A DNA stretch of 64,000 bases from Octopus vulgaris (GCA_951406725.2 OX597815.1:91202001-91266000), one strand, 5' to 3'; positions 27,231-42,400 are shown, numbered from the stretch's first letter. The notes: generated by a model not told the origin, from the sequence alone. Made by a program: numbers and translations.

Positions 27231-27891
27231 AAAACAAAGATTAAGTAGAAATTCTTACGCTGGTAGATGTAGGTAGGGAAGGGTTGCAGCTCAGTATATA
27301 AAGAGAAGAAGTTACCAGTGGTAAACTGAGGTTGACCATGATGAGGTGAGCTTACTCAGACTGAGAGCAGCCTAACATCTGAGGGATGCCTTTATCATGG
27401 TTGTAAGGCCATAAGTCTATGACAGTGAGGTGGGGATGAAGCCTAAACCCATTCATACATACACTCATACACACATACGTATGTACAGGCATACATACAC
27501 AGAAAGACAGACAGACAAGTAGCTAAATTGATAGATAGTCTAACAGACAGATAGAGTAAGAAAGAGACACAGACAGAGAGACAGACAGAAAGACCAATAG
27601 TCAGATGTATTATTTATAAACATAAACATTTCCATACACATACACATATACAGAATATCTTGTATGAGAGTAGAACATTTATTCTTTTAAAAACATTTGA
27701 TTAAAAGAATTAATTTTTGTCTCATAATATTTTTTTCTTAGATAATTTTTGTAAATTCTTATAAATTTCTTTGCTGTCGTTAGACAGTTTCTATAAAAAG
27801 TTGCCCACGTATCCATTTTATTGATGTTTCAAAGTCTGGTAACTCTATGTTTAGGATGTCCAGTTTTTAGAAAAACACATGTTTTGAGTGT

Positions 27892-27944
<53 letters not shown>

Positions 27945-28504
27945 CGTGCACGCATGTGTATCTATGTGTATATAAGTGTGAAGTGTTTGTGCGAGTATGT
28001 GTGTGAAGAGTTTGTGTGTGATGTAATTTATATTGTTTCTAATCTTGGTTGGTTGTTAGAAGGACATTAATGGAAATATGTTAACACATTCAATTTATTG
28101 TGTGCATATATGTACGCTACTGTTGTAGCTTAGCTCCAGGTTAAACTTGATTGATTTGGTCATTTTTCTCTCTTGGACTACACTATCCAATGTGTCCCTC
28201 CTTGCTGGGTTTTTATTTGAGGGAGATTTTACTGATATTTCTCACAAACTGAATGATCAAATATGTGCATACTTATACATCTGAATGGTAGGTGCACCAT
28301 GACCAAATGGTTAAGAAGTCTGCATCCCAACCACATAGTTTCAGGTTCAGTGCCTTCTATTATAGCCCCAGGCTGACCAAAGCCTTGTGAGTGGATTTAG
28401 TAGACAGAAACTGAAAGAAGCCCACTGCCATGTCTACAGGAGATATGGGTTCAAGTCCCATGAGTAGCCTACAACATTTTTCTATCTAATATTCACATGC
28501 TGCA

Positions 28505-28720
28505 AGGCAGTGAGTTGGCAGAATCTTTTGCACAACAGACAAAAAAATACTTAGAGGTGTTTGTCAATCTTTACATTCTGAGATCAAATTCCACCAAGGT
28601 CCACTTTGCCTTTCAACCTTTTGGGGTCAATAAAATAAAGACCAATTGAACACTGGAGTCAATGTAATCCACTTACCCCTCCCCCAAAATTGCTGGCTTT
28701 GTGCCAAAATTTGAAACTAA
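28505..28720 (+). mobile_element. tRNA-derived SINE family B (Nin-domain-like)
   Basis: GGCAGTGAGTTGGCAGAATC...TGAGATCAAATTCC...CTTTGCCTTTCAACCTTTTGGGGTCAATAAAAT. Other copies: 43830-44027(-), 46793-47020(+), 7390-7475(-). The Nin label is from recall of the domain. Confidence 0.75.
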
Positions 28721-29984
28721 TAGTCTTATGCTATTATTTTTCAAGAACCAATTCCAAAAAGAGAATTATTCAACGTTCTCTCAAAAGTTTATAGATTCTT
28801 GACATCAACAACATACAGTTCTTCCTGGTAAGTATAAGGTCTCTAAAATGTATAGAGAAAATTCAAGGATTGCTTTGGTACAGTAAGAGTATGCCTATCA
28901 AGTTTACAAGAGATGTGAGTTCAAGTCCCACAAGCAGCCTTCAACTTTTTATATCCAAAAGGGTTTTTCAACCCAATATTTACAAGCTATTATTAATAGC
29001 TTTTTGTGAACCAATTCCAAACAAGAATTATTCCTGTTCTCTCGACGATTTATGAATTCTTATGACTTCAATAATACATATATACATATTATGTGTGTGT
29101 GTATGTGTATATATATATATATATATATATAAAATGATGGTGGTGGTGGTGGTGGTGGTGGTGGTAACGATGATGATGATCACAGTTCATACCATAAATA
29201 ATGGAAGGGTAGTAGAAATTATATGCAGACCCTCCAAAATCAGTGAGATTTGTGGAGCTGATGTTTAGTTTGAATGTTTACAGGAGTAATATTGGTAAAG
29301 ATTGGAACCATGAAGATTCAATAACATAAGTACCATACAACACTACAAGGCATGGATTCTGCTACTTTTTAGAAATACATACTATTATCTTTTACCTTTT
29401 ATATTATACTTGTTTCAGTCACTGGACTGTGGTCATGCTGAGGCACAGCCTTGAAGGGTTTAGTCAAACAAATCAACCCCCACTATATATATTTTTTTCA
29501 TTTAAAGCCTAGTGTTATTCTATCTGTCTTTTTTGCAGAATTGCTAACTTACAGGGATGTAAACAAACCAAAAACCAGTTTTCAAACAGTGGTAGGGAAC
29601 AAACACCTCATTATGAAATCTCCCTTCACTACATGTTTCTTTTGTTAGGTGTACATATTATACATTATAGATGCAGACATGGTTGAAGAATTAAGAAGAG
29701 TTCTTTATAATCATCAAATCCTGGGTTCAATTCCAATGTGTAGCATCTTGAACAAGTGTCTTTTATCATAGCCCCAATCAGACCAAACATTGAGAAATTA
29801 TTTGGAAGCTCATCAGATGGACTTTAGCATGTAATACAAGGGACCAGGTTTGTCAAACAAATTCATACTCATTCTCTCTGAGAATGAAGTCAAGGGTACA
29901 CATGTCTGTGTATCCTTGACTAACTCAGCCATTTTTGTTTTCTTTATAAGAAGTCCCAGACAAGTTAAGAAGCCACTTAGTGTA

Positions 29985-30310
29985 AGAGATTATGAAGGAG
30001 AAATGAAGATGAAAGTAATGAATTTACTTCATAAGAAGGAGGAAAACAATAGGATGGAAGAGAGTTCCAAAGTTTGGCAGTTCAATGAAAGACTGTAGAA
30101 AGACTTCCTTATTCATGGAAGCACAACAGAATTTGGATGAAGACACCATAACTTTCAAGTAGGAGGCATAGCACAAAGTGATCAGGAACTAAAAGAGAAA
30201 GTTCATCAGAGCACTTCCTGTGGCAATAACAATATTAAAAAACTAAGACCAGCAAAATCAGGTCGATGTGACAAGGGTCGCAAAGTTGAAGCAAGGAAGG
30301 GACCAATCAA
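29985..30310 (-). pseudogene. Jockey/CR1-group LINE ORF2 3' end
   Basis: Minus strand translates to LRPLSHR..AGLSF..KCSDELSLLVP and RTAKLWNSLPS, typical C-terminal motifs. Confidence 0.7.
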
Positions 30311-30469
30311 GTTATATATTAATTCAAAGGATAGAGCATGTTATTGATTAAATGAGGGAAATGCTTATCAAAACTGAAAGAAATCCTTTAACATTCATAA
30401 TACCTGAATAGACTTTGTTTTTAAGTCTTTCAGAGTTGATAAAAATTAGTACCAGTAATGTATAGTCCA

Positions 30470-30700
30470 GGGAGGTGCATGGCTTAGGAGTTAGGGTATT
30501 GGATTCATGATCATAAGATTGTAGGTATGATTCCTGGACCAAGCAATGCATTGTGTTCTTGAGCAAAACACTTCATTTCACAATGCTCCAGTTCACTCAA
30601 ATTACAAAAATGAGTATTCCTCCTACAGACCTGTGTCCCGTACAAGTGGAGAATATTTACACCACTGAAACCAAGGAACCAGCCCTATGAGTTTATATGA
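30470..30700 (+). mobile_element. tRNA-derived CORE-like SINE family C
   Basis: GGTGCATGGCTTAGGAGTTAGGG...TTGTGTTCTTGAGCAAAACACTTCATTTCAC. Related copies at 51130-51428(-) and 49540-49630(-). Confidence 0.7.
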
Positions 30701-31279
30701 CTCAGAAAGGATTTTTGTTGTTAGCCACAGGTCTCTATCTGTTCACATAAATTTACTATCAGATGCAAAATCAATCCATGATTGTCCCATCTTTTTAATG
30801 AGTATGTAAGACTACATTATCTAATAATCTGCATCATCATATAAGGTGTGATTTGAAGGAAACTTGGCTGCTGTTTCTGACAATCAAGTACAGGCTCTTT
30901 TGCTGATTCAATCTGCTGGCTGAGTGTAGATTTTCTTGGTCTGTTACAGCTAAATTTTCAATGCCTGTCGAATTTAATTGCACCTAGCGAATTCCTTGAC
31001 TTGCTAAACTAAAATCAGAAACCAATTGGTCCAGGAAACTAGACAGTAAAATGTTTTTCATTTTTCAATTCGTTCCTGTCGAATTTTATCCCTAATTTTT
31101 GTGGGTATAGAACCTAGCTGTTCGTTCTAACGTGTTGAATTCCTATAAGTGGATTCCTTATGCGTAAATATACACTATATCATATGACTAATATGTAGTC
31201 TTTTTGACTAAATTTTTTATACATTAGACCTCTGGAAATGTAAATTTTAATTAATTTCCATTTCCCTTTGATATGATTA

Positions 31280-31351
<72 letters not shown>

Positions 31352-31662
31352 AAACTGATGAGTGGAGAACATGGTAATAAATGGTGACCACAAAATCATT
31401 AATGGTATACAACTAAACAGCTTTTTATTGAAGGAATCTATCCTAGTTTCATTTCCCCAAAGTCGGTGCATGTGTATACTTATTGCAGTAGTTTGATTTT
31501 AGAGTCCCATTAAAGTATGTGGCTTTTACAGATAATAATATCCCTTGTTATCATGATGTATTTTATATATAAAGGAGAAAAACTATATACCTTCTATTAA
31601 TTTTTTTCCTTAATTGGTTTTACACATTGGCTACTCGATAAAATCTTATATAGATTTTATCC

Positions 31663-31721
<59 letters not shown>

Positions 31722-33064
31722 ATGGGATTCTGCACAGTTTCCAGCAACCAATTTCCCTAATATGGCATTGATCAGCCTGAGGATATAAAAGAAAATACTT
31801 CCCCAAGATGCTATACATGGGACTGAACCAAAGACCATGAGATTGCAACACAGCCATACCTAAACCTATAATAAATATATTTGTGTGTGTCTGTGTCTGT
31901 GTCTGTATATGTGTGTATGTCTGTGTGTATGTATGGTGCACGTGCATGAGTGTGTGCGTATGTGTTTGTTTTCTATGTTCATGATGTATGTCTAAGTATG
32001 TATGAGCCAATAAATAGATAGTTTCACATGCACAGATACATGTGTGTGAATACACATATTCACACACTTATAAACCAAATACAAACACACACACACACAC
32101 ATACACGTATATATATATGTACATACACACACTCGCTGATGTGTGTATATTAGTATTGCAGTTGCCAAGTAATTGAGTAAGTTTAATAAAGCAACTAATT
32201 ATTCAGCTCAGGTAATAAACTACAACCAAATTCCGGAGCTGTTGCTTTTATTTAATTAGAACTCTGTCTAACCAAACATGTCACACATATATACACATAT
32301 TTGCTCATAGCTTGGTGCTATGTTTTCATGAATCACAAAGTGCTAAGTGGATAATGTCTGCCAGGTTGCCAAGAATCAATCTTTAAGAACCAACAGATAA
32401 CAGAAGAGAAAGAGCAGGCTAGATAAGGAGCAGGGTAAGGAGAGAGCAGAAGACAGGGAGAGCCAGATGGGTAGTAGGGTGAAAGGAGAACAAAAGGCAG
32501 AAAGAGCCAGATAAGGAGCAGGGTAAGAGCAGAATAAAAGACACAAAGGGCCAGATGGAGAGCAAGATAAGGGGGAGAAAATGAAAAAGAAGAGAACTTT
32601 CCATATTGCAATAATTCCCTGGAAACTTTGCCCTCATTCAATTTTCTTATTTCATTTGGAATTTTTCTTTTTTTTTGTTTTGTAGGTGTGTGTATATGAA
32701 TGTAGGTGCAAAAATGTTTGTTTATATGTGTATACTTGTAAAAACACATATCTGGATATATGTAAATATTTGTATATGCATGTCTGCATTTAAGTATATT
32801 TGTCAATATGTGTGTGTACATATATATGTATATACATATGTTTATGTATCAACATATACATGTATATACATATGTGTGTGGAAGTGATTTCATACATGCA
32901 TAAATGTATACAGGTGCAAGCATGGCTGTATAGTTAAGAAATTTTCCTTCTCAATGGCATCATTTTGTGTTCAGCTCCACTGCACAGCACCTTGGATAAA
33001 TGTCTTCTACTATTACTGACCAAAGTGGATCTGATAGATGGAAGCTGAGAGATGTCCACTGTAA

Positions 33065-33107
<43 letters not shown>

Positions 33108-34019
33108 GTAAAAACATTGGAGAATGGCGTTCACAAATTGCATTTGTTGCTTAGTTTACAAATGTTTCATTGATTTCTATTAAAACCAATCTTGCATCAT
33201 GTCATTACCATGTTGACAATTACACATTTAGTTCCATGCACTGAGCAATTTTTTCCTTCATAGTACATGGCAGAATCAACTTCTTAGAACACTACAAAAA
33301 GAAATATGCTGGTTGCTTTTGCAATTTTTCTGGTAAGTATCCTCATAGGAATTTTAAGTAAACACTTACTACTAACCACATTTATCCAAGAAAAATAAAG
33401 GAAGAAAGGAGATAAATTAGATGAATTGGGATCAGTGAAATTTGACAAGATACGTAGCCCTAATCAGGGTGTGAAGGAACTTGCTGAAAGGATTTCTCTA
33501 GATTAATGAATACCAAGTACAGTGGTTTACTTTGGGATAAATTCTTCCGCAATTGCTTCACTAGAAAGAGAGCATCAGCAGTATTTCTACCAAGTACAAA
33601 ACCAAACTGCATCTCATCTAGGCTTGATCATTGGGCCTCACAGAGGTGAGTTCCTTTCAGGCGTTGGGCCTCACAGAGGCAAAGTAGTTGAATTCCTTTC
33701 GAGGTTTCAGCCTCACGGAGGCAATGACTGAGATCTTTGGCATTATGTCATGCTTGAGAAGACACATCAAGCTGAGCAAAATAGCAGTTGTAGCAGATAC
33801 CAGTGTCATGCAAATGGCACCCATGCTGATGATATTTAAAAGCAGCCATTACACTCTCAGAGTGGTTGGTGTTAAGAAGGACATCCAGCTGTAGAAACCA
33901 TGCCAAATCAGACTGTAGTCTGGTGCAGCCTTCCAACTTGCCAGCCTTGGTCAAACCATCCAACCCATGGACAACGGACGTTAAATGATGATGATGATGA
34001 TGGTATATATATATACCTC

Positions 34020-35400
34020 CCCTCCCCTACCACATCCATGACACTAACCATACTCTCCATCATTTTAACCCTTTCTCCTCTTCTGGCCCTTTAAATTTCT
34101 GTTCACTCTTGATATCAAAAGTTTATATACGGTTACCCCACACAACGAAGGGCTTTTTGCACTCAAACACTTTATAGACCTTCGGCCTGACCCTCAACCT
34201 GACACCTCCACACTTCTTCATCTGGCCGAACTTGTTCTCTTCTTCAACTGTTTCTCATTCATGAGGGATTTTTACCAACACTCTTGAGAGTGGCCATGGG
34301 AACAAGAATGGGCCCCAACTATGCAAACCTGTTTGTTAGATATGTTGAGGCTTGAATATTCTCACAATTCCCTGGTCCCACTCTCAAACTATATGGTCAT
34401 TATATCAATGACTGTATCAGTGTTATTTCACTCTCCTGTGAACAACTAGACCCCTTCTTCTCTTTTGTGCAATCCTATCCTGCCCTCGAATTCTCCTGCA
34501 CTATCTCTGACTCTTCCATCAAATTTCTCCACAGTTCTGTCAGCATACACCATTCCACTCTCACTACTTCCATCCACTACAAACACACTGAATCACACCC
34601 CTAACTTAACTTCTCCTCCTCCTACTCTACCCACATCTAGCTCTCCATCCCCTACTCCCAATTCCTCCGTCTGAGACTTAGTCTCATCTCATGGCTTGCC
34701 ACTTCATCCTACATGGATATTCCTTCACTACTATCCACACTGTCCTTGCCAGGGTACGATCTGTGGACTGTGCCTCTGCTCTTTCTCCTTACACCTGCCC
34801 AGCTATTGCCTTTCTCCCGTTTCTCCCTCACCTACCACCCCTCCACCCTGCCCCTCCAACTCACCATTCTCCGAGCCTTCCAGTGACTCCAGTGCAACCC
34901 CTTCTCCTAGCACATCTTCCTTAACCTACCCCTTCCCTCCTTCAAATGAGCCCATAACCTGCTTGACCTCCTGAACCACAGATTTTTCCCTAACCCCACT
35001 TCCTAGCCTGGCTCACTCCCCTGCTCCTACCCATGCTGTCACACCTGCTCCTACCTCTCCAACACCACCATCCACACAGGCACCCATCATCATCCCTATC
35101 ACATCACCAACTATTTTACCTGCACTTCTCCTGCTCTCTCTGTTGTTCCTTGTATGTCAGTCAAATGGGACACCACTTGGCTGACTGGTTTGTGGAGCAC
35201 CTCCAAGACATCTGACTTGGCAATAACAGTCTAGTCTCACACCATTTCCGCTCTACCAGTCATTCATTACAATATCTGTCTGTGTTTGGATTATCATTGC
35301 ACAGGAACCATCTAGACTCCTGACTTCACTGTGAACAGGAATTAATCTTCTCTCTTTACTCCTTTGCACCATATGGGCTCAACTCACCTCCTCTCTTCAC
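34020..35400 (+). pseudogene. Penelope-like element (Neptune-type) RT + GIY-YIG remnant
   Basis: DIKSLYTVTPHNEGL (34111), LLHLAELVL, VAMGTRMGPNYANLF and HYIND (~RYIDD). A Cys-rich linker PCSYPCCHTC follows, then CSLCCSLYVSQMGHHLADWFVEHL (~CxxC..YIGETGR.L..RF.EH) and terminal PYGLN. Confidence 0.88.
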
Positions 35401-35758
35401 CTGACACTGACCTCACCTCCTTTCCTCATTTGACACCAACCCCACATCACTCCACACACACTAGCACTGGCCACTTCTCAGCACCCACACCACACAGTTT
35501 AACTCAGTACACACACCACACATCATCATGCACGCTCCCACACCCACACAAGCACATAATACTTGAACACAGATAATATATACATACACATGCAACTCAC
35601 ATTAACACACACAAATAGACAAAGATAACTTTCACCCACATACATACACCATACTCATGTTTGGTCACTGACACACACACACACACACATGTGCACACAT
35701 CACATGAAAAAGAGCATCAACTGCTACACACAAAAGCACACACACACATTACACATGT

Positions 35759-35789
<31 letters not shown>

Positions 35790-37294
35790 TGCCAGAGTCA
35801 CTCACCCTTATTCACACACACACACACACTTACACACTCATGCACACCATTCTCCACATACACACACGAACATCGAATGTATATATTTGTGTGTATGTGT
35901 CTATGATTGTTCCTCCATCATCACTTCAACAACCGATGTTGGTGTGTTTACATCTTCATAACTTAGCAGTTTCGCAAAAGAGACTGATAGATTAAGTAAC
36001 AGGCTTATAAAGAATAAGTCCATGGGGTGATTTCTTCAACTAAAAAGGCAGTGTTCCAGCATGGCCACAGTCAAAATGACTGAAACAAGTTAAAGAATAA
36101 AAGAATTAATTACGCTAAACGATGATGATGATGATGATGATGGTCATTTCCATTGATTTCATCATGTGAGTGTTTGAAAGAAAGGATTTTAAAAATTATT
36201 CTTAAATAAATGAAGCTGCATCTATTTGCAATGGATACATGGATGCAATTTGAGTCCGAGTATGGATTTTGCTATGAAGTCACAATGAGGACACTGAATA
36301 TTTTGATTTTGGCTAAGACTGGACCAATGTGTCCATTGATTGCCAAATTTATTGTTCTGTTTCTTCAACATAAATTGTTTTGATGCATCATGACACATTT
36401 TTTTACACCATACAGATTGATCTAGGCAGTGTGTGCATGTGTGTGTGTGTGTGATCATCAACATTTTCCTATGGTGTGATCATCATCCATTTCCTATGCT
36501 GGCATGTATATATTTTTTCTGTATCAGGATCTGAAATGTAAGATCTTTTTCTACCCTGATGATGGAGGCTCAATTTGGTTATTTGCTTCTTTTACTGTCT
36601 CCATATTTTGGTGAACTACACCTATCAACATTATGATTGATCTCCAAGCCCCCAGAAACAGTTGTTCAACTTATAGCACCTTACTTTTTCCCATTTGATT
36701 TTCCCTGTCATTTGTACTCAATATAAGTTCGATCTATTAATATAAATATCTATATATTTATACTTAAATATTCATCATCTAAAAATGTGCAGTCTTTGCT
36801 TTCTTTCTGTTTGCATGTATTCATATATATATATATATTGTATATCAAACCCAAGCTGTTATATTTAAATTGTTTATCTGCATAATTGCCTCTATATATA
36901 TGTGTGTATGTATACACCTATAAAAAGAAATACTGTGTAAAACAACAAAATAAATACATCCATGGTAATTAAAAGTTCAAATGAATAATAGGTCATTAAA
37001 CTCCAACATGTTATAACATTGCAGTGAATCTAGTGGAAGAAGATTGCGTGTGTATACATAATCAGCTAAAACAACTCATAAGAGCAACGTATATTCAGAA
37101 TAAACAGCAAAAAGCATCAATTTCATTGATCATTATTTAATTACTTTCAATAGCTGGTTCATTACTTAAAAAACATCATTAACTTTGTAATTACATAATT
37201 AAGATAATTAATATATATTAATTTAAAGTAATATTTATCCAAAAGCATCAAGAATACTGTTGGTAATTCTGGCCATAAACCATATGTAAAATTT

Positions 37295-37615
37295 CTAGTG
37301 TATAACAGCTTAAAAGAGATTGAGATAAAAAAAAAACCCTTAGATAGGAAAAGGTGGGAAATTACCTGCAGGATACATACCACATCTATAATCCAGACAG
37401 ACATATTAACCACCTTCTGACTGTCAGCTATCCAAATTAGAGATGAACATGTATAATTTGGATGGCTGAAGGTCAGAAGGTTGTTTTAATGTGATTCATA
37501 GTACGTCTGTTTGGGTTACAAAAAAATATGTGGTATAAGTCCTGCAATCAGTTTTCCACTTTTTACCTCAACTAAGGGATTTTTAATCCAAAGTTTTAGA
37601 AGTTGTTATTTAAAC
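37295..37615. repeat. long imperfect foldback palindrome (MITE-like)
   Basis: Core arms ACCTTCTGACtgTCAGCTATCCAAATTA (37412-37439) and TAATTTGGATGGCTGAagGTCAGAAGGT (37454-37481). Pairing continues outward with interruptions for over 100 nt per side. Confidence 0.8.
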
Positions 37616-38269
37616 TGAATTTGTTTTGAGACTCATTATTTACATATTACTCATTGCTTCTATTACTCAATGTTTCTATATTTACACTTTAAATATAAAC
37701 ATATCATCATCATCACTGTCATATCTATGACATGTTTACCTTCCATACTAGCATGGGTTCAGTGGTCTACGTCAGAGGACCTTCTTTTACCACTTTGTCT
37801 CAATTTTTGCATGGTTTCTACAACCGGATGTTCCTTTTTACACTGACCACTTTATAGACTGTATAGGGGTTTCTTTGTGGTATCTGCATCCATGAGGTTA
37901 CTATGTTAAATTGCTCCTTCAACTGAGAGAGAGTCAAATAGCGAGAGATAGCTTTATGTGAGGTGATGAGAGATCACAGTATGATAGAAGAGATAAGGAA
38001 AGATTCGTGGTTGTAGAAGTAATACGTGGCTACCCAGTAATATATAAGAGTGGGTGGTAATAAATGGATGAAGCCGGAAAGAGAGATAAAGATAGGGGTT
38101 CAAAAGTGCCAGAGCAGAGTGGAAGTAGCTGATGGTAAATATGAGAGCAGGAACTGACAAAATCTTGAATTAACATCAACAGAAATGACACAAAACAAAA
38201 GGAAGTGATGACAGGCAGGTCAAAAAGGATGACGTGCAGCAGTATATATATATATGTGTGTGTGTATTC

Positions 38270-38487
38270 TTTTACTTGTTTCAGTAATCTGACTGTGGCC
38301 ATGCTGGAGCACCACCTTTAGTCAAACAAATCAACCCAGGACTTATTCTTTGTAAGCCTAGTGCTTATTCTATCAGTTTCTGTTGCTGAACATCTAAGTT
38401 ACGGAGTTGTAAACACACCAGCATTGGTTGTCAAGTGATGGTGGAGGGATAAACACAGACACAGAAATATATATATACATACATACA

Positions 38488-38526
<39 letters not shown>

Positions 38527-38670
38527 ATTGGCTTCTTTCAGTTTCTGTCTACCATATCCACTCACAAGGCTTTGGTCGGCCTGAGGCTATAGTAGAAGAC
38601 ATTTGCCAAAGTTGTCACACAGAGGGACTGAACTTGGAACCATGTGGTTGGGAAGCAAGCTTCTTACTAC
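38270..38670 (-). mobile_element. SINE family A, near full-length
   Basis: Reverse complement of the family A body and tail. Confidence 0.85.
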
Positions 38671-38798
38671 ACACACACACACAAACATATACCAACATCG
38701 ACCTCACAGACCTTCCCACAAGTCTTATCAGGTCCCCAGCCAGAACACTTAATCTTCTCACAATCACCATCACTTGGGAAAACATCAAAACATCAGTG

Positions 38799-38846
<48 letters not shown>

Positions 38847-38849
38847 CAG

Positions 38850-39430
38850 TAGACTACACATGACCTGTTGGATCACTGGGAAACTCTGAGTTTTCCAGCA
38901 ACAGAGTTTTGTTTCATGGATTTCTTTTCTTTTCCACGTTATTTCACATGCTTTTAATGAATGTGACATCGAAATCATGTGTAAACAGCTCCTTTCCCCA
39001 GATTTGTCTGTTATTTCTTGCACACTCTGCTACCACGTAACAGGTATTTCAGGTCCTTTATCACAAAGAGCTGTTACATGGTAGCAGGGTGAGCTAGAAA
39101 TAGCAGCCAAATCTTTGGAGGTGAGACATTGAATGCACTCGTAAAAATCCTATGGAAAAAAACTCGTATTTTTTCATTCTGATGTCACTGTGTCAAATAG
39201 AAAGATAAAAGTTTCTTTCCTTTCAGGATGAAGATTATTTTCAGAATATTTCCCCATTACATACCGTTTTGTGTATTTATACCCGAAAACCTCTAATATC
39301 TTTAAAACTACTTGTCCGATTTACACGAAACTTGTTTTATTCCATTCCTATTAACATTTCAGGGTAAACTTACTTCATATTATTTTTCCATTATGTGCCA
39401 GTTTGGTCGGGTAACATTGCAAGCAAGTAA
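38850..39430. mobile_element. probable Helentron-associated non-autonomous element
   Basis: Between (TA)n tracts; contains the DINE/HINE-like motif AACTACTTGTCCGATTTACACGAAACTT and an internal inverted repeat at 39025-39090. Confidence 0.4.
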
Positions 39431-42400
39431 ACAAGATTCAAACTGACTTTTAATGTATTACATATATATATATATATATATATTTCTTTTATTTTTTTAC
39501 TTGTTTCAGTCATTTGACTATGGCTAAGCTGGCGTGCTGCCTTTAGTTGAACAAATCAACCCCAGGACTGATTCTTGCCTAGCACTTATTCTATCAGTCT
39601 CTTGCTGAACCACTAACATTGGTTGTCAAACAATTGTGAGGGAACAAACACAGACACAAATATAAACACATTCTTTCAGTTTCCATCTACCACATCCACT
39701 TACAAGGCTTTGGGCAGCCTGAAGCTATAGTAGAAGACACTTGCCCAAGGTGCCACACAGTGGAACTGAACCTGGAACCATGTGGCTGGGAAGCAACCCA
39801 TGCCATCATGAAAATAATGGATGTTAAATAATGACAGACAGATAGATAGATATAGATATATATTTATCAATGCTGTGACTGGTTGCAATAACTTCCATTT
39901 GACAGAGAAAGGCTAAGGAAGAGGCAAGAAGAATTGGGAAAAGAATCAAGAGATAAAATGGTCTCCCATAAATGCACATATAAAGAATATTCTAATTAGA
40001 TTAGGAACTGATTCTATGGTAGCAATATGGGTAACTGGATCTGGAGATATGACATTATGAAGAAGTTAAAGAATGGATTATCTTGAACTTGGTCTTATTG
40101 AGCTTAGAAGTCTGAACCAAAATAATAATGCAGAATTATCATAGTTGCTGCTGTTGTCACCTTCACTGCTGCCACCACAACTTCTATCAACGCCATTGTC
40201 ATTGTTGTTGTTATTGTAATATCTACTTTTCAATGGTGGCTTGGCCTAGCATAGTTGGACTTCACAAAGCACATCTCCAATTATTTCATTCCTGCATTCT
40301 CTATTAGGTTTAGCATTCTCAAAGCTTACCTCTTCGTTTCTTCTCATGTCTTATTTAATATTTTGGTTTCATAATGCAATATGTGAGCAATGACATGGAT
40401 GGTTACAGGTTTGCAATGCATCAATCACCAATTCATTTCTTTTCTGGCTGTGAGAGTTACGAGGGAATGGTTGTAACTCAAAGAAGACTATGGGAACACA
40501 AAGAATTTCATTCATAGAGCACCACTTATTGCTAATGTTTGCATTTTTTTGTCAATATACATCAGCAAAAGAAACATACAGGCATACACACACATATACA
40601 TACCCATATACACATATGGTGATTGCTTCATCTTCTCAAGTGAATGTTGTCTTTTTGTGCTTCTTCATTGTTAATGGCATTTCTGACTTTCCATCCATGA
40701 CAGCTCAGATGACTATTCTGTCCTGCTGCAGATCTGTATAAGCATACACTTCCAGTTGGGTAGATCTGCACATGGCACCATCCTTTCTTTGCCACAGGAC
40801 TTTCAGTAGATGGAATGACACATGAAAGTGCCATAAAGAGACATTTGGTAACATATAACCCAGTACAACCAGTTGCATGTTTGAGTCATCAGTGTTTAAA
40901 TTGGTGACATCACCAAGTATACTTGGCCAGTTGACCAGTAGGACATTCTGTAGGATGATAGTTCAAAAATTTGTAAAACTTTCCAGAGGTTTACCATTTA
41001 AGTATATAGGCGTATGTTTAGACATGTAAATATGTGCATGAGAATACATAAAACAAAACATACAAATTTGCATGTGCACTGACTTTGAATGCCACACATA
41101 TACACATACATGCAAACATACTCTGTTGATGATGTTGAAATTCCAATGATGGTACCTTGAATCTAAGTTAGAAACCAGATCTTTCTCTATTGGCAAGAAA
41201 TCTTGAAATAAAACTGAATAATGAAATACATACATGTATGCATGCATGCATGGTGGTTGTCTACTCCTTATGCAAAGTTTGACCACCTCCTGTACCTACA
41301 TCTTAGAACCATCATGGCATCTGATGGTTCTAAGGTGATGGTTCTGATGATTCATACATACATACATATATATATATACATACATACATACATACATGAA
41401 ACCGCATATTGCTTTATGACACAGAATGCAAAAAACCCTGCGCTGTTGTAAAGATCAATTGCCTGACACGTGAATGACTTGCCTAAAACAGCAATTCATG
41501 AGAAACTTTACAGCTCCAATATCAAGGCTATAGATTCTACTTTGTACCTATTGTCATAGGTGCGCTGGACTCTAATAACAACAAGCTGGTTATCAAGAAA
41601 GAACAAAGCAAAACGATTCACATTCTTCAAATACTATCAATTAATAGTACTGTGGAAATTTGTAAAATACCTCAGGAAATTTCTTAAGTTTTCTGAATTG
41701 AACATATGCATAGAATCATACCTGTGTATGGAATACACATAAATACATACACACTATATACACTACACACATGCACATAAACAGTAATGAATTACACACC
41801 CATAGCAAAAGTGCAAATTTATCTAATACTTGCACCTATGTATATATACACTCTAACTTATCCCCTTACACACCGACTCCAGGAATTGTTTCAACTTAAA
41901 CGAAAGAGCCATGCCACTTTGTAAGTGACTGGCTTGAATTCTTCAAAGGAATAAAAATAAATCTCAAAGAATGCACATGTATATTCATACAGTTATACAC
42001 ACACATACATACATATACACAAACTGATGCAATCACACACATAGAAACATCCATGGAGACATGCATATATACATACCAACATAAACACATGCAAATAGAA
42101 ATACCTATATATTCATGCATGCATACATACACACATGTACATGCCCACAAAATAACACAATCGCACACATATAAACATACAGATACATCCAGGCAGACAG
42201 GCATACCTACATAAACACATGCAAACATAAACACATATATATTTATATTCACACAGGCATACATACATGCATGCTTATACAAACCATACATACACACAAA
42301 ATGATACAACCATACTTGTATATACAAACATAAACACATCCATGCATATATGCATACCTTCATACACAAATACAAACACAAGTACACATTTATATTCATA

